From: Candidatus Iainarchaeum sp.
GTDB lineage: Archaea; Iainarchaeota; Iainarchaeia; Iainarchaeales; UBA10191
Reading direction: 5' to 3'
Length of the DNA stretch: 64,000 nucleotides
Assembly: GCA_030649735.1 (NCBI GenBank)
Contig: JAUSFL010000036.1
Coordinates: 64,001 to 128,000, forward strand
Part shown: one piece after another, positions 47,892 to 56,614 of the stretch
Numbering within the stretch: position 1 is the stretch's first letter
Layout: each line of letters starts with the position of its first letter
Position numbers and translations under genes: made by a program
The notes under the pieces: generated by a model
Seen by the model: the letters and a program-made list of their open reading frames with translations, nothing else
Database searches by the model: none
What the model was told of the DNA's origin: nothing

Positions 47892-48044
47892 GCAAAAAAA
47901 TTGCAATTAATACTATACTCTTCCGAAGTAATGTTTTTAAAGCAGAGCTTTAAAAATTTTCAAACCCGAGGTTTGAAATGTTTTTAAAAGAAAGCCTTAA
48001 CGGGCCAATTGCCAGAATGGCAAAAATGGGGAGCATTGCCCCAA

Positions 48045-48485
48045 TTATTGCTTGTCAATGACTTTTAAAGTTCCCCACTGGCCAAGCTCCCTATGCATTG
48101 GCTTGCTGCAGTAATAGACAAACTCCCCGGTTTTGTCAGCCAAAAACTCGACAGTCACTTCCTTATTGAGCGGAGTTTCTGCAAAGGCGTTGAATTCGTC
48201 AATCTTGAAATCATGCATTCCGCTGGTCATTGTTATTTTGATTCTCACCAAATCGCCCTTATTCACTGTAATTTCTTTCAATGAAAACTTTGGGTAATAT
48301 TTGCCGTCAATTACGTCAGTATAAGACTGCATTACAAACTCTTTGACCGGGCTGGCTGTCTTTTCATTGGCTTGAGAAACCGCAAGATTTCCAGTCGCAT
48401 TCACATTAGAAAACAAGCTGAAATATATTCCGATTATTGCTATTACTGCAATAATGGCCGCTCCGGCAATCATTTTTTTATCCAT
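48045..48485 (-). CDS. Cupredoxin-domain protein
   Basis: N-terminal anchor, VNKGDLVRI, HDF, YYCSKPMHRELGQWG. Confidence 0.88.
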   Translation of the reverse strand: MDKKMIAGAAIIAVIAIIGIYFSLFSNVNATGNLAVSQANEKTASPVKEFVMQSYTDVIDGKYYPKFSLKEITVNKGDLVRIKITMTSGMHDFKIDEFNAFAETPLNKEVTVEFLADKTGEFVYYCSKPMHRELGQWGTLKVIDKQ

Positions 48486-48585
48486 TCAATCACTCCTGAT
48501 GGTTGTTTTTTTAAAGTGTTAATACTATTATTTTTGAAGCAATTAATAAATAATAAAGTAAACGAAAGTAAAGTATTGTGATTTT

Positions 48586-48894
48586 ATGGAAAAAGCCTGC
48601 CCTGTTGCCGGAATAATAAATATTCTTGGAAAAAAATGGGCGTTATGGATTTTAAAAAAATTAAGCGAGAATGGCAAAATGAGATTCAATGACCTGCTAA
48701 ATGAAATCGACCGCATAAATTCAAGCGTATTGTCCAAAAGGCTTAAGGAACTTGAAAAAGCAGGGCTTTTAAAAAGAAAAAAATTCAATGAAATCCCCCC
48801 AAGAATAGAATACTCGCTTACAAAAGCAGGAAAGGAATTGATTAAATGCTTCAAATTCTTGGGCGATTGGGCGAAAAAACACGGAAATAACTAA
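48586..48894 (+). CDS. HxlR-family transcriptional regulator
   Basis: CPV...GKKW, RFNDL, LSKRLKELE, PPRIEYSLT. Confidence 0.92.
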   Translation: MEKACPVAGIINILGKKWALWILKKLSENGKMRFNDLLNEIDRINSSVLSKRLKELEKAGLLKRKKFNEIPPRIEYSLTKAGKELIKCFKFLGDWAKKHGNN

Positions 48895-48906
48895 TTAAAA
48901 GAGATC

Positions 48907-49473
48907 TTACTTCCAGAATTTTTTGGCTTTCAAGTAATCTGCTTTTAGCATTGCGTAAATGAACTCGTCATGCATTTTTCCAGTCGCCTTGCAGCCAATT
49001 GCCTGCCTTTGCAGGCCTTCATTCACAAAGCCAAGCTTTTCCAAAAGCTTTGCTGAAGGCGGGTTTTCGACAAAAGCCCCTGCCGCAATCCTGTTCATTT
49101 TCAACTCTTCAAAATAGAACTTTAAGACTGCCTTCAAGGCTTCGCTCATAATGCCTTGCCGCCAGTAATTTTCCCCAAGCCAATAGCCAAAACTGCAGGC
49201 TTTCAAGTCATAATCAATATGCGATAAGCCAATTGCTCCAATGGCTTTTTTTTCAGGCTTTAATTCAATGACAAATTCTATTCCTTTAGGCCGGGTTTCT
49301 TTCGCAAGCTCTGAACAATGATTGAACCAACCTTCAGCATCCTTTAAAGTGTAAGGAAAAGCCACTACAGCCAAATTTTGAGAAACTTTCAAGTTGTTGA
49401 TGTTTTCAAGCAGTGAAGGAATGTCTTTCCTTTCCTGCTGGCGCAAAACCAAACGTTCAGTTTCAAGACGCAT
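48907..49473 (-). CDS. RimJ/RimL-type GNAT acetyltransferase
   Basis: LETERLVLR, GYWLGENYWRQGIMSEA, NPPSAKLLEKLGF. Confidence 0.92.
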   Translation of the reverse strand: MRLETERLVLRQQERKDIPSLLENINNLKVSQNLAVVAFPYTLKDAEGWFNHCSELAKETRPKGIEFVIELKPEKKAIGAIGLSHIDYDLKACSFGYWLGENYWRQGIMSEALKAVLKFYFEELKMNRIAAGAFVENPPSAKLLEKLGFVNEGLQRQAIGCKATGKMHDEFIYAMLKADYLKAKKFWK

Positions 49474-49542
49474 GCAAAATTAGTGGAAAATAGGGTTTAA
49501 AAATTAAAAATATGGTTTTTTAAAGAAAAAAGTTGAAAAGAT

Positions 49543-50022
49543 TCAGTCTTTTCCAATTGCTGAATCCCACTTGCCGGCTTTGATTTCTTTTGTGATTTCG
49601 CGGGCGTCTTTGCCTTCAATTGTTATTCCCATTTGCTTTGCGGTTCCCGCAATTTCGTTCATTGCGCTCTTGATTTTGCTTGAGGAAAGCCCGATCATTT
49701 TCATTTCAGCGACTTTCTTTAACTGCTGGATTGTCAAGTTTCCGACTTTTTCAGCCTTTGGAGTTGCTGCGCCCTTGGCAATTCCTAATTCTTTAATTAT
49801 CAACGCGGAGGCCGAAGGGCTTCCGACCTTGATTTCAAAGCTCTTGTTTTTTGCGTCAATTGAAATTGTCACCGGAATTTTCATTCCTTCAAAAGCCTTT
49901 GTTTTCTCGTTGATTTCAGCAACCACTGCGCCAATGTTAACTCCAGTAGGCCCTAAAGCCGGGCCTAAAGGCGCTCCAGCGCTTGCTTTTCCAGCATCAA
50001 CAATTGCCTTAACATCTGCCAT
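49543..50022 (-). CDS. rpl11: 50S ribosomal protein L11
   Basis: GKASAGAPLGPALGPTG, INEKT, GMKIPV. Confidence 0.96.
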   Translation of the reverse strand: MADVKAIVDAGKASAGAPLGPALGPTGVNIGAVVAEINEKTKAFEGMKIPVTISIDAKNKSFEIKVGSPSASALIIKELGIAKGAATPKAEKVGNLTIQQLKKVAEMKMIGLSSSKIKSAMNEIAGTAKQMGITIEGKDAREITKEIKAGKWDSAIGKD

Positions 50023-50058
50023 TCCAAATCACACCCATTCTAAAAAATCCTAAACTTT

Positions 50059-50562
50059 TCATTCTTTGATTATCCTAATGTGCTCTGCGCTGATAGTGAC
50101 TGGAATTTTCACGCTTGCTTCAAGCAATTCAACAGTCACTTCTTCCTTTGGGTCATTGACGCGCAGCACGCGGGCTTTTTCTCCCTTGAAAGGTCCGGCA
50201 ATCAATTCGACCTTTTGGCCGACCTTGATGCTTTTCATCAATGGCTTGCTTTCAAGCAAGGAATCAAGTTCCGCAATTTTCACTACGCGGACTTCGCCGC
50301 CGACAACGTCTTCTTCCTCGCCTTGGGATGCTCTTTTTTTCAAAAAACTGGTTCCGACAATTCCTTTTCCCTTAATGTTTGGAACATTGGCAATTGCCCT
50401 TCGAACTGTCATTTCATTGTCTGCTTCAACCAGAATATATCCTTTCAGTCCTGGAAGCACTGCAAAAGAGTAAATGTTCAAGTCTTCATGCCTTACCTTT
50501 TCTGTAAGAATGTCAACAACCATGCTTTCCTGATTTACTGTTGTCCTAATCGTGAAAATCAA
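50059..50562 (-). CDS. spt5: Transcription elongation factor Spt5
   Basis: IRTTVNQE, KGYILVEA, KOW motif GPFKGEKARV. Confidence 0.95.
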   Translation of the reverse strand: MIFTIRTTVNQESMVVDILTEKVRHEDLNIYSFAVLPGLKGYILVEADNEMTVRRAIANVPNIKGKGIVGTSFLKKRASQGEEEDVVGGEVRVVKIAELDSLLESKPLMKSIKVGQKVELIAGPFKGEKARVLRVNDPKEEVTVELLEASVKIPVTISAEHIRIIKE

Positions 50563-50582
50563 ACCAAACTACCCCTTTTTTT

Positions 50583-50771
50583 TCATTGAATTGGAAAAAT
50601 CAAAAAATTGAAAACCAGCGAAATAATGTATCCAATCACTCCAATAATGATTATTCCAATGCCCGTGGCTTTCAGCATTGCAAAAAACTCTTCCTTTGTC
50701 GGCTTTTTGCTGATTGTCAAAATCCTTTTCGAGTCTTCAATAAACCCTTTAATTTTGCCTTTAATGTCCAT
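50583..50771 (-). CDS. secE: Protein translocase SecE/Sec61-gamma
   Basis: RILTISKKPTKEEF...GIIIIGVIGYII; lies between ftsZ and spt5. Confidence 0.93.
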   Translation of the reverse strand: MDIKGKIKGFIEDSKRILTISKKPTKEEFFAMLKATGIGIIIIGVIGYIISLVFNFLIFPIQ

Positions 50772-50866
50772 AATTAAAATCCGCCAAAAAAAGCGTTAAA
50801 ACTCTTGATTAAAAGAATAATAACAATAAAAGTTTTAAAAAGAAAGCCTTTTAAAACCCAGTTTTT

Positions 50867-52000
50867 TCACGTGAATTCAATGCCCAAGTCGACTTCAGTC
50901 TTTCCAGTCTTGGCTTTTCCCAGGTCCAATGCGTCCAAGTAAGGGAATTTTCCCCCCGCAATGACAACCATTGCCTGGATTTGAGACCTTGGAATGCCTT
51001 CGTCAATCATTGCGCCCCAAATAATGTGCGCGTTAGGGTTGATTTTTGTCGCAACTGCCTCAACAATCATTTCAGCCTCTCTCAAGGTCATGTCGCTTCC
51101 GCCAATAACATTCACTAAAGCCTTTGCCGCATCGCTGATGTCAACATCCAAAAGCGGCGATGTTAACGCGTTTTCCACTGCTTCTAAAGCGCGCGCGTCA
51201 GAAGCCTTTTCTGTAACGCTTTCTCCAAGGCCAATCATTGCGGCACCGCCTTTTGAAAGAATAGTCCGCAAGTCTGCAAAATCCAAGTTAATCAAGCCGG
51301 GCTTTGTAATCATTTCAGTGATTCCCTTCACTGCATTAGTCAATACTTCATCAGCCACTTTGAAGGCGGCATTCACTGGCAGGTCCGGGGCAATTTCCAA
51401 AATCTTGTCGTTTGGTATTACAATTAAAGTGTCAACTTCTTTCCTTAGCTTGTCAAGGCCTTCCATTGCGTTTTCCATTCTCTTCCTGCCTTCAACAGTG
51501 AATGGAATCGTGACAACTCCAATGGTCAATGCCTTGATTTCTTTCGCAATGTTTGCAATGACTGGCGCGGCTCCAGTTCCGGTTCCGCCGCCCATTCCGC
51601 AAGTAATGAAAATCAAGTCTGATTTTGAAAGCAGGTCTTTCAATTCTTCACGGCTTTCCTTTGCAGCGCCCTCACCCACCGAAGGATCGCTTCCAGCACC
51701 AAGCCCGCGCGTCAATTGCTTTCCAATGAGGATTTTCCTGTCAGCGCTGACTCCAAGCAATGCCTGGGCGTCAGTGTTTACTGCGTAAGTTTCAGCTCCG
51801 TGAATTCCAATCTCCGCCATTCGTTGAATAGTGTTGCTTCCGCCCCCGCCAACCCCGATAACGCGAATTTTTGCCTTTGAAGCCTCAAAAAGCTTCACCA
51901 GCTCTTCATCGTCTTCCTGGATTGAACGCTTGAAGCCTGAAGACTTTTTCGCGCTTTCTTCCTTTGCTCTCTTGATTGCATTGCTGACTACTGTTTTCAC
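50867..52000 (-). CDS. ftsZ: Cell division protein FtsZ
   Basis: GVGGGGSN, NTDAQ, GMGGGTGTGAAP, INLDFAD. Confidence 0.97.
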   Translation of the reverse strand: MKTVVSNAIKRAKEESAKKSSGFKRSIQEDDEELVKLFEASKAKIRVIGVGGGGSNTIQRMAEIGIHGAETYAVNTDAQALLGVSADRKILIGKQLTRGLGAGSDPSVGEGAAKESREELKDLLSKSDLIFITCGMGGGTGTGAAPVIANIAKEIKALTIGVVTIPFTVEGRKRMENAMEGLDKLRKEVDTLIVIPNDKILEIAPDLPVNAAFKVADEVLTNAVKGITEMITKPGLINLDFADLRTILSKGGAAMIGLGESVTEKASDARALEAVENALTSPLLDVDISDAAKALVNVIGGSDMTLREAEMIVEAVATKINPNAHIIWGAMIDEGIPRSQIQAMVVIAGGKFPYLDALDLGKAKTGKTEVDLGIEFT

Positions 52001-52128
52001 GATTTATCACTTTTCCCCAAATTCAATAAAAAAATATAATAACCCAAAAGGGCTCTTATAGTCTGAAGCTCTAAGTGTTTAAAAAAATATAGGCGTTTTG
52101 CAAAATTTGTTTAAAAGGCGGTTTTGAA

Positions 52129-52272
52129 ATGATTGCCAGAAGGCCAAAAATCAGAAAGCCAATTCCATTCAGTATTAATCCGGAAATTGTTGCAAAATAC
52201 AAAAAACTGCAGGCAGAAATTGAAGTGAACCCAAAAGCCAGGATTGTTGGCGCCAAAAAAAGAAGATGGTAA
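52129..52272 (+). CDS. Small basic protein (47 aa)
   Basis: MIARRPKIRKPIPFSINPEIVAKYKKLQAEIEVNPKARIVGAKKRRW; SD-like AGGCGG upstream; ends 4 nt before the next ATG. Confidence 0.5.
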   Translation: MIARRPKIRKPIPFSINPEIVAKYKKLQAEIEVNPKARIVGAKKRRW

Positions 52273-52276
52273 AAGA

Positions 52277-53236
52277 ATGCTTTCAAAAAAATTCTTGAAA
52301 ACAGTCAAAGACATCAAGTCCTTGAAGATTCAAGGCGCGTCAAATGTGCGAAAGGCCGCAGTTGAAGCATTGCTTGAAGAAGTCAATGAGTTCAATGACT
52401 CCAGCATTTTGCACTTCAAGGCAGACCTTTTCAAGTCAGTGAAAGAATTGATCAACGCGCGCCCGACAGAGCCAGAGTTAAGGAGCGCTTTAAGGATTGT
52501 GCTGCATACTGCGCAGTCAAACTCTCACAGCCTGTTTGACTTGAAGAAAGAAGTCAAAAATTCCTTGGGCTATTTTGAAAAGCAAAGGAATGAAGGATTG
52601 AGAAAAATTGCAACTTACGGGGCAAGGGAAATTCCCAATGATGCAATTGTCATGACTCACTGCCACTCGCACACTGTAATGGAAATCTTGAAAGAAGCGC
52701 ACAAACAAGGCAAAATTGAAAGAGTCATTTGCACAGAGTCAAGGCCTTTATTCCAGGGAAGAAAGACAGCCGAAGAATTGACAAAAGCAGGCGTCAAAAC
52801 CACAATGATTGTGGATTCTGCAGTTTCAAGCATTGTGAAAGAATGCGGCTTGTTCTTGAGCGGCGCTGATGCAGTATTGAGCGACGGATCTGTGGTGAAC
52901 AAGATTGGAACCCAGAATGTGTCAATGCTTGCCGAAAAATTCGGAGTGCCGCACTATGTTGCTTGCGGTACAGCAAAGTTTGATCCAGTCACTTTTTTCG
53001 GGTTTCAGGAAATCATCGAACAGCGTGCGCCTGAAGAAGTTTGGGACAAAAAATTAAAGAATTTTGAAATCAAAAACCCAGCCTTCGACATAACAGCTGC
53101 GAAGTATGTAAAGGCATTAATTACAGAAAAAGGAGTCTTTCCGCCAACAGAATTTGCAGGAATGATGTACAAGGATTTGCAGCTTGAAAAGCACGAAAAA
53201 GAATTTCTAAGCCTGATTAGCCTGATGAAAAAATAG
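52277..53236 (+). CDS. Ribose-1,5-bisphosphate isomerase (eIF2B family)
   Basis: IKSLKIQGA, RPTEP, THCHS, ESRP, GADAV, NKIGT, NPAFDIT; adjacent to AMP phosphorylase. Confidence 0.9.
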   Translation: MLSKKFLKTVKDIKSLKIQGASNVRKAAVEALLEEVNEFNDSSILHFKADLFKSVKELINARPTEPELRSALRIVLHTAQSNSHSLFDLKKEVKNSLGYFEKQRNEGLRKIATYGAREIPNDAIVMTHCHSHTVMEILKEAHKQGKIERVICTESRPLFQGRKTAEELTKAGVKTTMIVDSAVSSIVKECGLFLSGADAVLSDGSVVNKIGTQNVSMLAEKFGVPHYVACGTAKFDPVTFFGFQEIIEQRAPEEVWDKKLKNFEIKNPAFDITAAKYVKALITEKGVFPPTEFAGMMYKDLQLEKHEKEFLSLISLMKK

Positions 53237-53293
53237 GCTTCAATAAGCAAGTTTTTTATTTCCAATTCACTTAATTGTAAAGGTTTTAGAAAA

Positions 53294-54796
53294 ATGAAGT
53301 ATTCTTTAAAATTGAAAACACAGCATTTTCACTTGTCTGCCGGAGTGTTTGTTGCAGTAATGCACGAAGACGACGTGCATGATTTGGGAATTCATGCTTT
53401 GGACAAGGTTGAAATCATAAATCCCGGAGTGAAAAGGACTGCAACTGCAATTGTTAACATAACTCACGAGGAAATCAGAAAGGGAAACATTGGATTATTT
53501 GAAGAATTAAGGCTGCAATTGCTCATCAAAAAGCCAACCGTTGTTGAAGTAAGGCCTATTCCGCCATTGGAAAGCATTTCTTTCATCAGGAAAAAAATTC
53601 GCGGAGAAAAGCTTTCAGCGCAAGAAATCAAGCAAATAGTAGATGACATTAATGAAGGAAAGCTTGCAGAACTGGAAATCAGCGCTTTAATGACTGCCGT
53701 GCAAATCCGCGGCTTCGACATTGAAGAATCGGCTTCAATGGCAAGGGCATTGATAAGCAATGGAAAAAAAGTTGAGTTTGCGAAAAAGCCAATCTTGGAC
53801 AAGCACTGCATTGGAGGAATCAATGGAAGGACAAGCCTTGTTTTAGTTCCAATTATTGCCGCGGCAGGATACTGCATTCCAAAGACTGCAAGCCGTGCAA
53901 TAACAAGCTGTGCTGGAACTGCAGACGCAATGGACTGCCTTGCAAAAGCAGGATTGGGCCTGAAAGAATTCAAGAAAGTCGTGGAAAAAACCAACGGCTG
54001 CATTGCATGGGGCGGCAGTTTAGATTTGGCGCCAGTTGACGACAAAATAATCAAAATAGAGTATCCTCTAAAGCTAGACCCTAAAGGCCAAGTGACTGCG
54101 TCAGTAATGGCAAAAAAGGCAAGCGTTGGAGCGCAGTTTGTTGTTTTGGACTTGCCTGTCGGGCCAGAAGTCAAAGTCACAAGCGCCGATCAAATAAAAG
54201 ATTACACTGAAAGGTTTTCACAAGTTGGAAAAATGCTCGGCATTAACGTGAAAGTAATTCCAACAGACGGCACAATGCCTTACGGGCCAGCATTCGGGCC
54301 AGCGCTTGAAGCAAGGCATGCATTGCAAATCCTTGAAGGAAAGCGCTTTGACAACCTGGCTGAAAAATCAGTAATGCTTGCCGGAGAATTAATGGCAATG
54401 ACTGAAAAATCCACTGTCCAGCAATGCACTGCAAAAGCGAAGGAAATTTTGAAAAGCGGAAAGGCATTGGAAAAAATGCGGGAAATCATTGTCGCGCAAG
54501 GCGGAAAGAAAATAACTTCAGAGCAAGTTCAGGTTGGAAAATTAAAAAGGCAAATCTTTGCAAAGCAGGATGGAAAAATCAAAAAATTGAATGTACAGCT
54601 TTTCACTGTAATCGCGCGAGAGACTGGCGCGCCTTCAGACAAGGGAGCTGGAGTCTTGCTTAATGTAGTGCCAGGCCAGCAAGTGAAGAACGGCGATTTA
54701 TTATTTGAGATTTTTGCGGAAAACGAAAGAAAGCTTGTGGAAGCATTAAACCTTGCGGAAAGAATGAATGCAGTGGAATTTGAGCCATTAAAGTAA
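53294..54796 (+). CDS. deoA: AMP phosphorylase (thymidine phosphorylase family)
   Basis: N-terminal double-psi extension, DKHCIGG, PKTASRAITSCAGTAD, GAPSDKGAG. Confidence 0.9.
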   Translation: MKYSLKLKTQHFHLSAGVFVAVMHEDDVHDLGIHALDKVEIINPGVKRTATAIVNITHEEIRKGNIGLFEELRLQLLIKKPTVVEVRPIPPLESISFIRKKIRGEKLSAQEIKQIVDDINEGKLAELEISALMTAVQIRGFDIEESASMARALISNGKKVEFAKKPILDKHCIGGINGRTSLVLVPIIAAAGYCIPKTASRAITSCAGTADAMDCLAKAGLGLKEFKKVVEKTNGCIAWGGSLDLAPVDDKIIKIEYPLKLDPKGQVTASVMAKKASVGAQFVVLDLPVGPEVKVTSADQIKDYTERFSQVGKMLGINVKVIPTDGTMPYGPAFGPALEARHALQILEGKRFDNLAEKSVMLAGELMAMTEKSTVQQCTAKAKEILKSGKALEKMREIIVAQGGKKITSEQVQVGKLKRQIFAKQDGKIKKLNVQLFTVIARETGAPSDKGAGVLLNVVPGQQVKNGDLLFEIFAENERKLVEALNLAERMNAVEFEPLK

Positions 54797-54824
54797 GCAG
54801 CCGCAGCATTTACAAGAAAATAAC

Positions 54825-55619
54825 TCAGTTGCTTCTTTCCCTGAATGATTTGGAAAGTCTGGGAGAAGAGCCAAGCGCAAGAGCCTGCCTTTGCAATTCT
54901 GCCTTCAATTCAAGGCTTGCGCTTTCCAAAGCAATTAAAAAAAGCGATTTCTGCTCTGGCCTGTTAAAGGTTATTGAATTAATCCTGTCAATCAATTCAA
55001 GCGCGCACTCGTTTGCTGGCAATTTTCCGAATTTGACGAGCAAGTCAAAATCCAATGGAATGACTCCTTTCTTTGCATCAGTGAATGGCTCTATAAGGTC
55101 TGGGGCAGGATAATAGCCAGCATTTGCTGTCTTAGTCAATTCAAAAATTGCTTGCCTTCTTGCGCCCGGATCAGTAATCCTAAAATGGCTTTTTGAGGAA
55201 AGCTTTGAGCCTTTTGAAACCGAACCGAACAATTGAGAAACCTTCACCCATTTTCCTGCAAAAGGCCCTTTCGCAACCTGAAACATTGAAGACTTTGGAA
55301 CTCTCACTCCGGCCTTGCGCAATTCAGCAATTACCTGCTGGGTTTTAATTGCGGTTTCATCATCCATTGGTTTTTTGAAAACCTTGATTGCAACAGCGTA
55401 AGACTTTCCGTTCTTGAACCGCATTCTTCCGGCATAAACATCGCCATACTGTGTTTCAGGATGGCCAATCCTGACAAGATGCTTGTCTTTGCCCCTTGAA
55501 AATGAAAGCCTTTTCACGTCAATTAGAGTCTTCCACGACTGTTTTGCTGCAGGCGCTTTCGCTTCTGGCTTTTTTCGGGAAAAAAGTTTTCCAACCCAAG
55601 CAGGCTTTTTCCAAGGCAT
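54825..55619 (-). CDS. Atypical protein-kinase-like protein with basic N-terminus
   Basis: YGDVY, VAIKVF, ELRKAGVRVP, IPLDFD; catalytic loop divergent. Confidence 0.55.
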   Translation of the reverse strand: MPWKKPAWVGKLFSRKKPEAKAPAAKQSWKTLIDVKRLSFSRGKDKHLVRIGHPETQYGDVYAGRMRFKNGKSYAVAIKVFKKPMDDETAIKTQQVIAELRKAGVRVPKSSMFQVAKGPFAGKWVKVSQLFGSVSKGSKLSSKSHFRITDPGARRQAIFELTKTANAGYYPAPDLIEPFTDAKKGVIPLDFDLLVKFGKLPANECALELIDRINSITFNRPEQKSLFLIALESASLELKAELQRQALALGSSPRLSKSFRERSN

Positions 55620-55713
55620 AAGATAAAATTGGTTTCGAAGTTTTTAAAACCAAGAGCCCAAAGGCCGCAAAGAGTTTAAAGGTTTAAATAGTAAAAAGGA
55701 CTTTCTAGAAAGA

Positions 55714-56451
55714 ATGAGGAAATTTTTCATTGCATTGCTTTTGCTCTTGATTGCAGGCGCGGCCTCGGCGCAAGAATGCCGCAATGATGTTTCGCAGGCA
55801 AATGAATTGATTTTTGAAATAAAAATCGACAGTCAAGGAAATGCAATCTCTAATGAAATCTTGACAATTCCATTCTCTGAAGAATGCCTTGTTGAAAAAG
55901 GCCTGCAAAGGCTGAATGAAAGCAAGGCAGTCTGCAGCGACATTATGGAGTCATTCGGGGAATTGAACCAGGAATTCATGCTTGCAAGCAATTGCACAAT
56001 AGGCTTTGACAGCAATGAACTGAAAGTTTATTTTTCATCAAAAGGCGCAAATGTAGTGAGAGTGCAGGATGGAAAGCTCACCGCAGTCTTTGGCGAAATC
56101 AGCATTCGCGGATTGAACCCCCAAGCAGACACTACTTTGCGCGTTTCTTTGCCCGAAGGATTTGAGCTATTGGATTACTCCCCAAAAGAGCGCAGCATTG
56201 CGACTTCATCACAGGTTTTCTGGATGAAAATCCCAAAAGAGCCAATTTCAATCCAGTACAATGCGGCAGATAATGGCAGCCAGCAGTCATTGATTGTTTT
56301 GGCAATTGCAATAATAATCGCAATTGCGATTCTCGCGTTTGGGCTGCTTTTCAAGAAACGAAGCGATTTTTTGAAAAAAAAGCACTTGGAAAAAAGCAAA
56401 ATGCAGCACGGAAAGCTTGAAGAATTAAAGGCGCCGCGCGCGAAAAAATAG
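55714..56451 (+). CDS. Secreted protein with C-terminal TM anchor
   Basis: Signal peptide, VSLPEG, C-terminal hydrophobic helix and basic tail. Confidence 0.7.
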   Translation: MRKFFIALLLLLIAGAASAQECRNDVSQANELIFEIKIDSQGNAISNEILTIPFSEECLVEKGLQRLNESKAVCSDIMESFGELNQEFMLASNCTIGFDSNELKVYFSSKGANVVRVQDGKLTAVFGEISIRGLNPQADTTLRVSLPEGFELLDYSPKERSIATSSQVFWMKIPKEPISIQYNAADNGSQQSLIVLAIAIIIAIAILAFGLLFKKRSDFLKKKHLEKSKMQHGKLEELKAPRAKK

Positions 56452-56459
56452 CGCTCGAA

Positions 56460-56501
56460 AAATCACGCCTTGCAAAGCTGGTTGAACACTTTCACAAAAT
56501 C
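56460..56501 (-). repeat. Displaced copy of the rsmA 3' end (att-like direct repeat)
   Basis: 26-bp core 56470-56495 is identical to 60524-60549; encodes DFVKVFNQLCKA* versus EFVKVFNQLCNA*. Confidence 0.85.
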
Positions 56502-56614
56502 AGCGCATGAAATAGAATCATTTTCAAAGTTTTTGAAAAGTGGGAGCCTTTGAGATTTTTAAACGCAGGTCGTGAAAGTTAGTTTTTTATAATCATAAAC
56601 TCTGAGAACATATT

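Noticed and set aside
48005-48018. CCAATTGC..GAAT resembling the rpl11 3' end as a target duplication
   Set aside because: Only about 8 nt are identical; too weak compared with the rsmA repeat.
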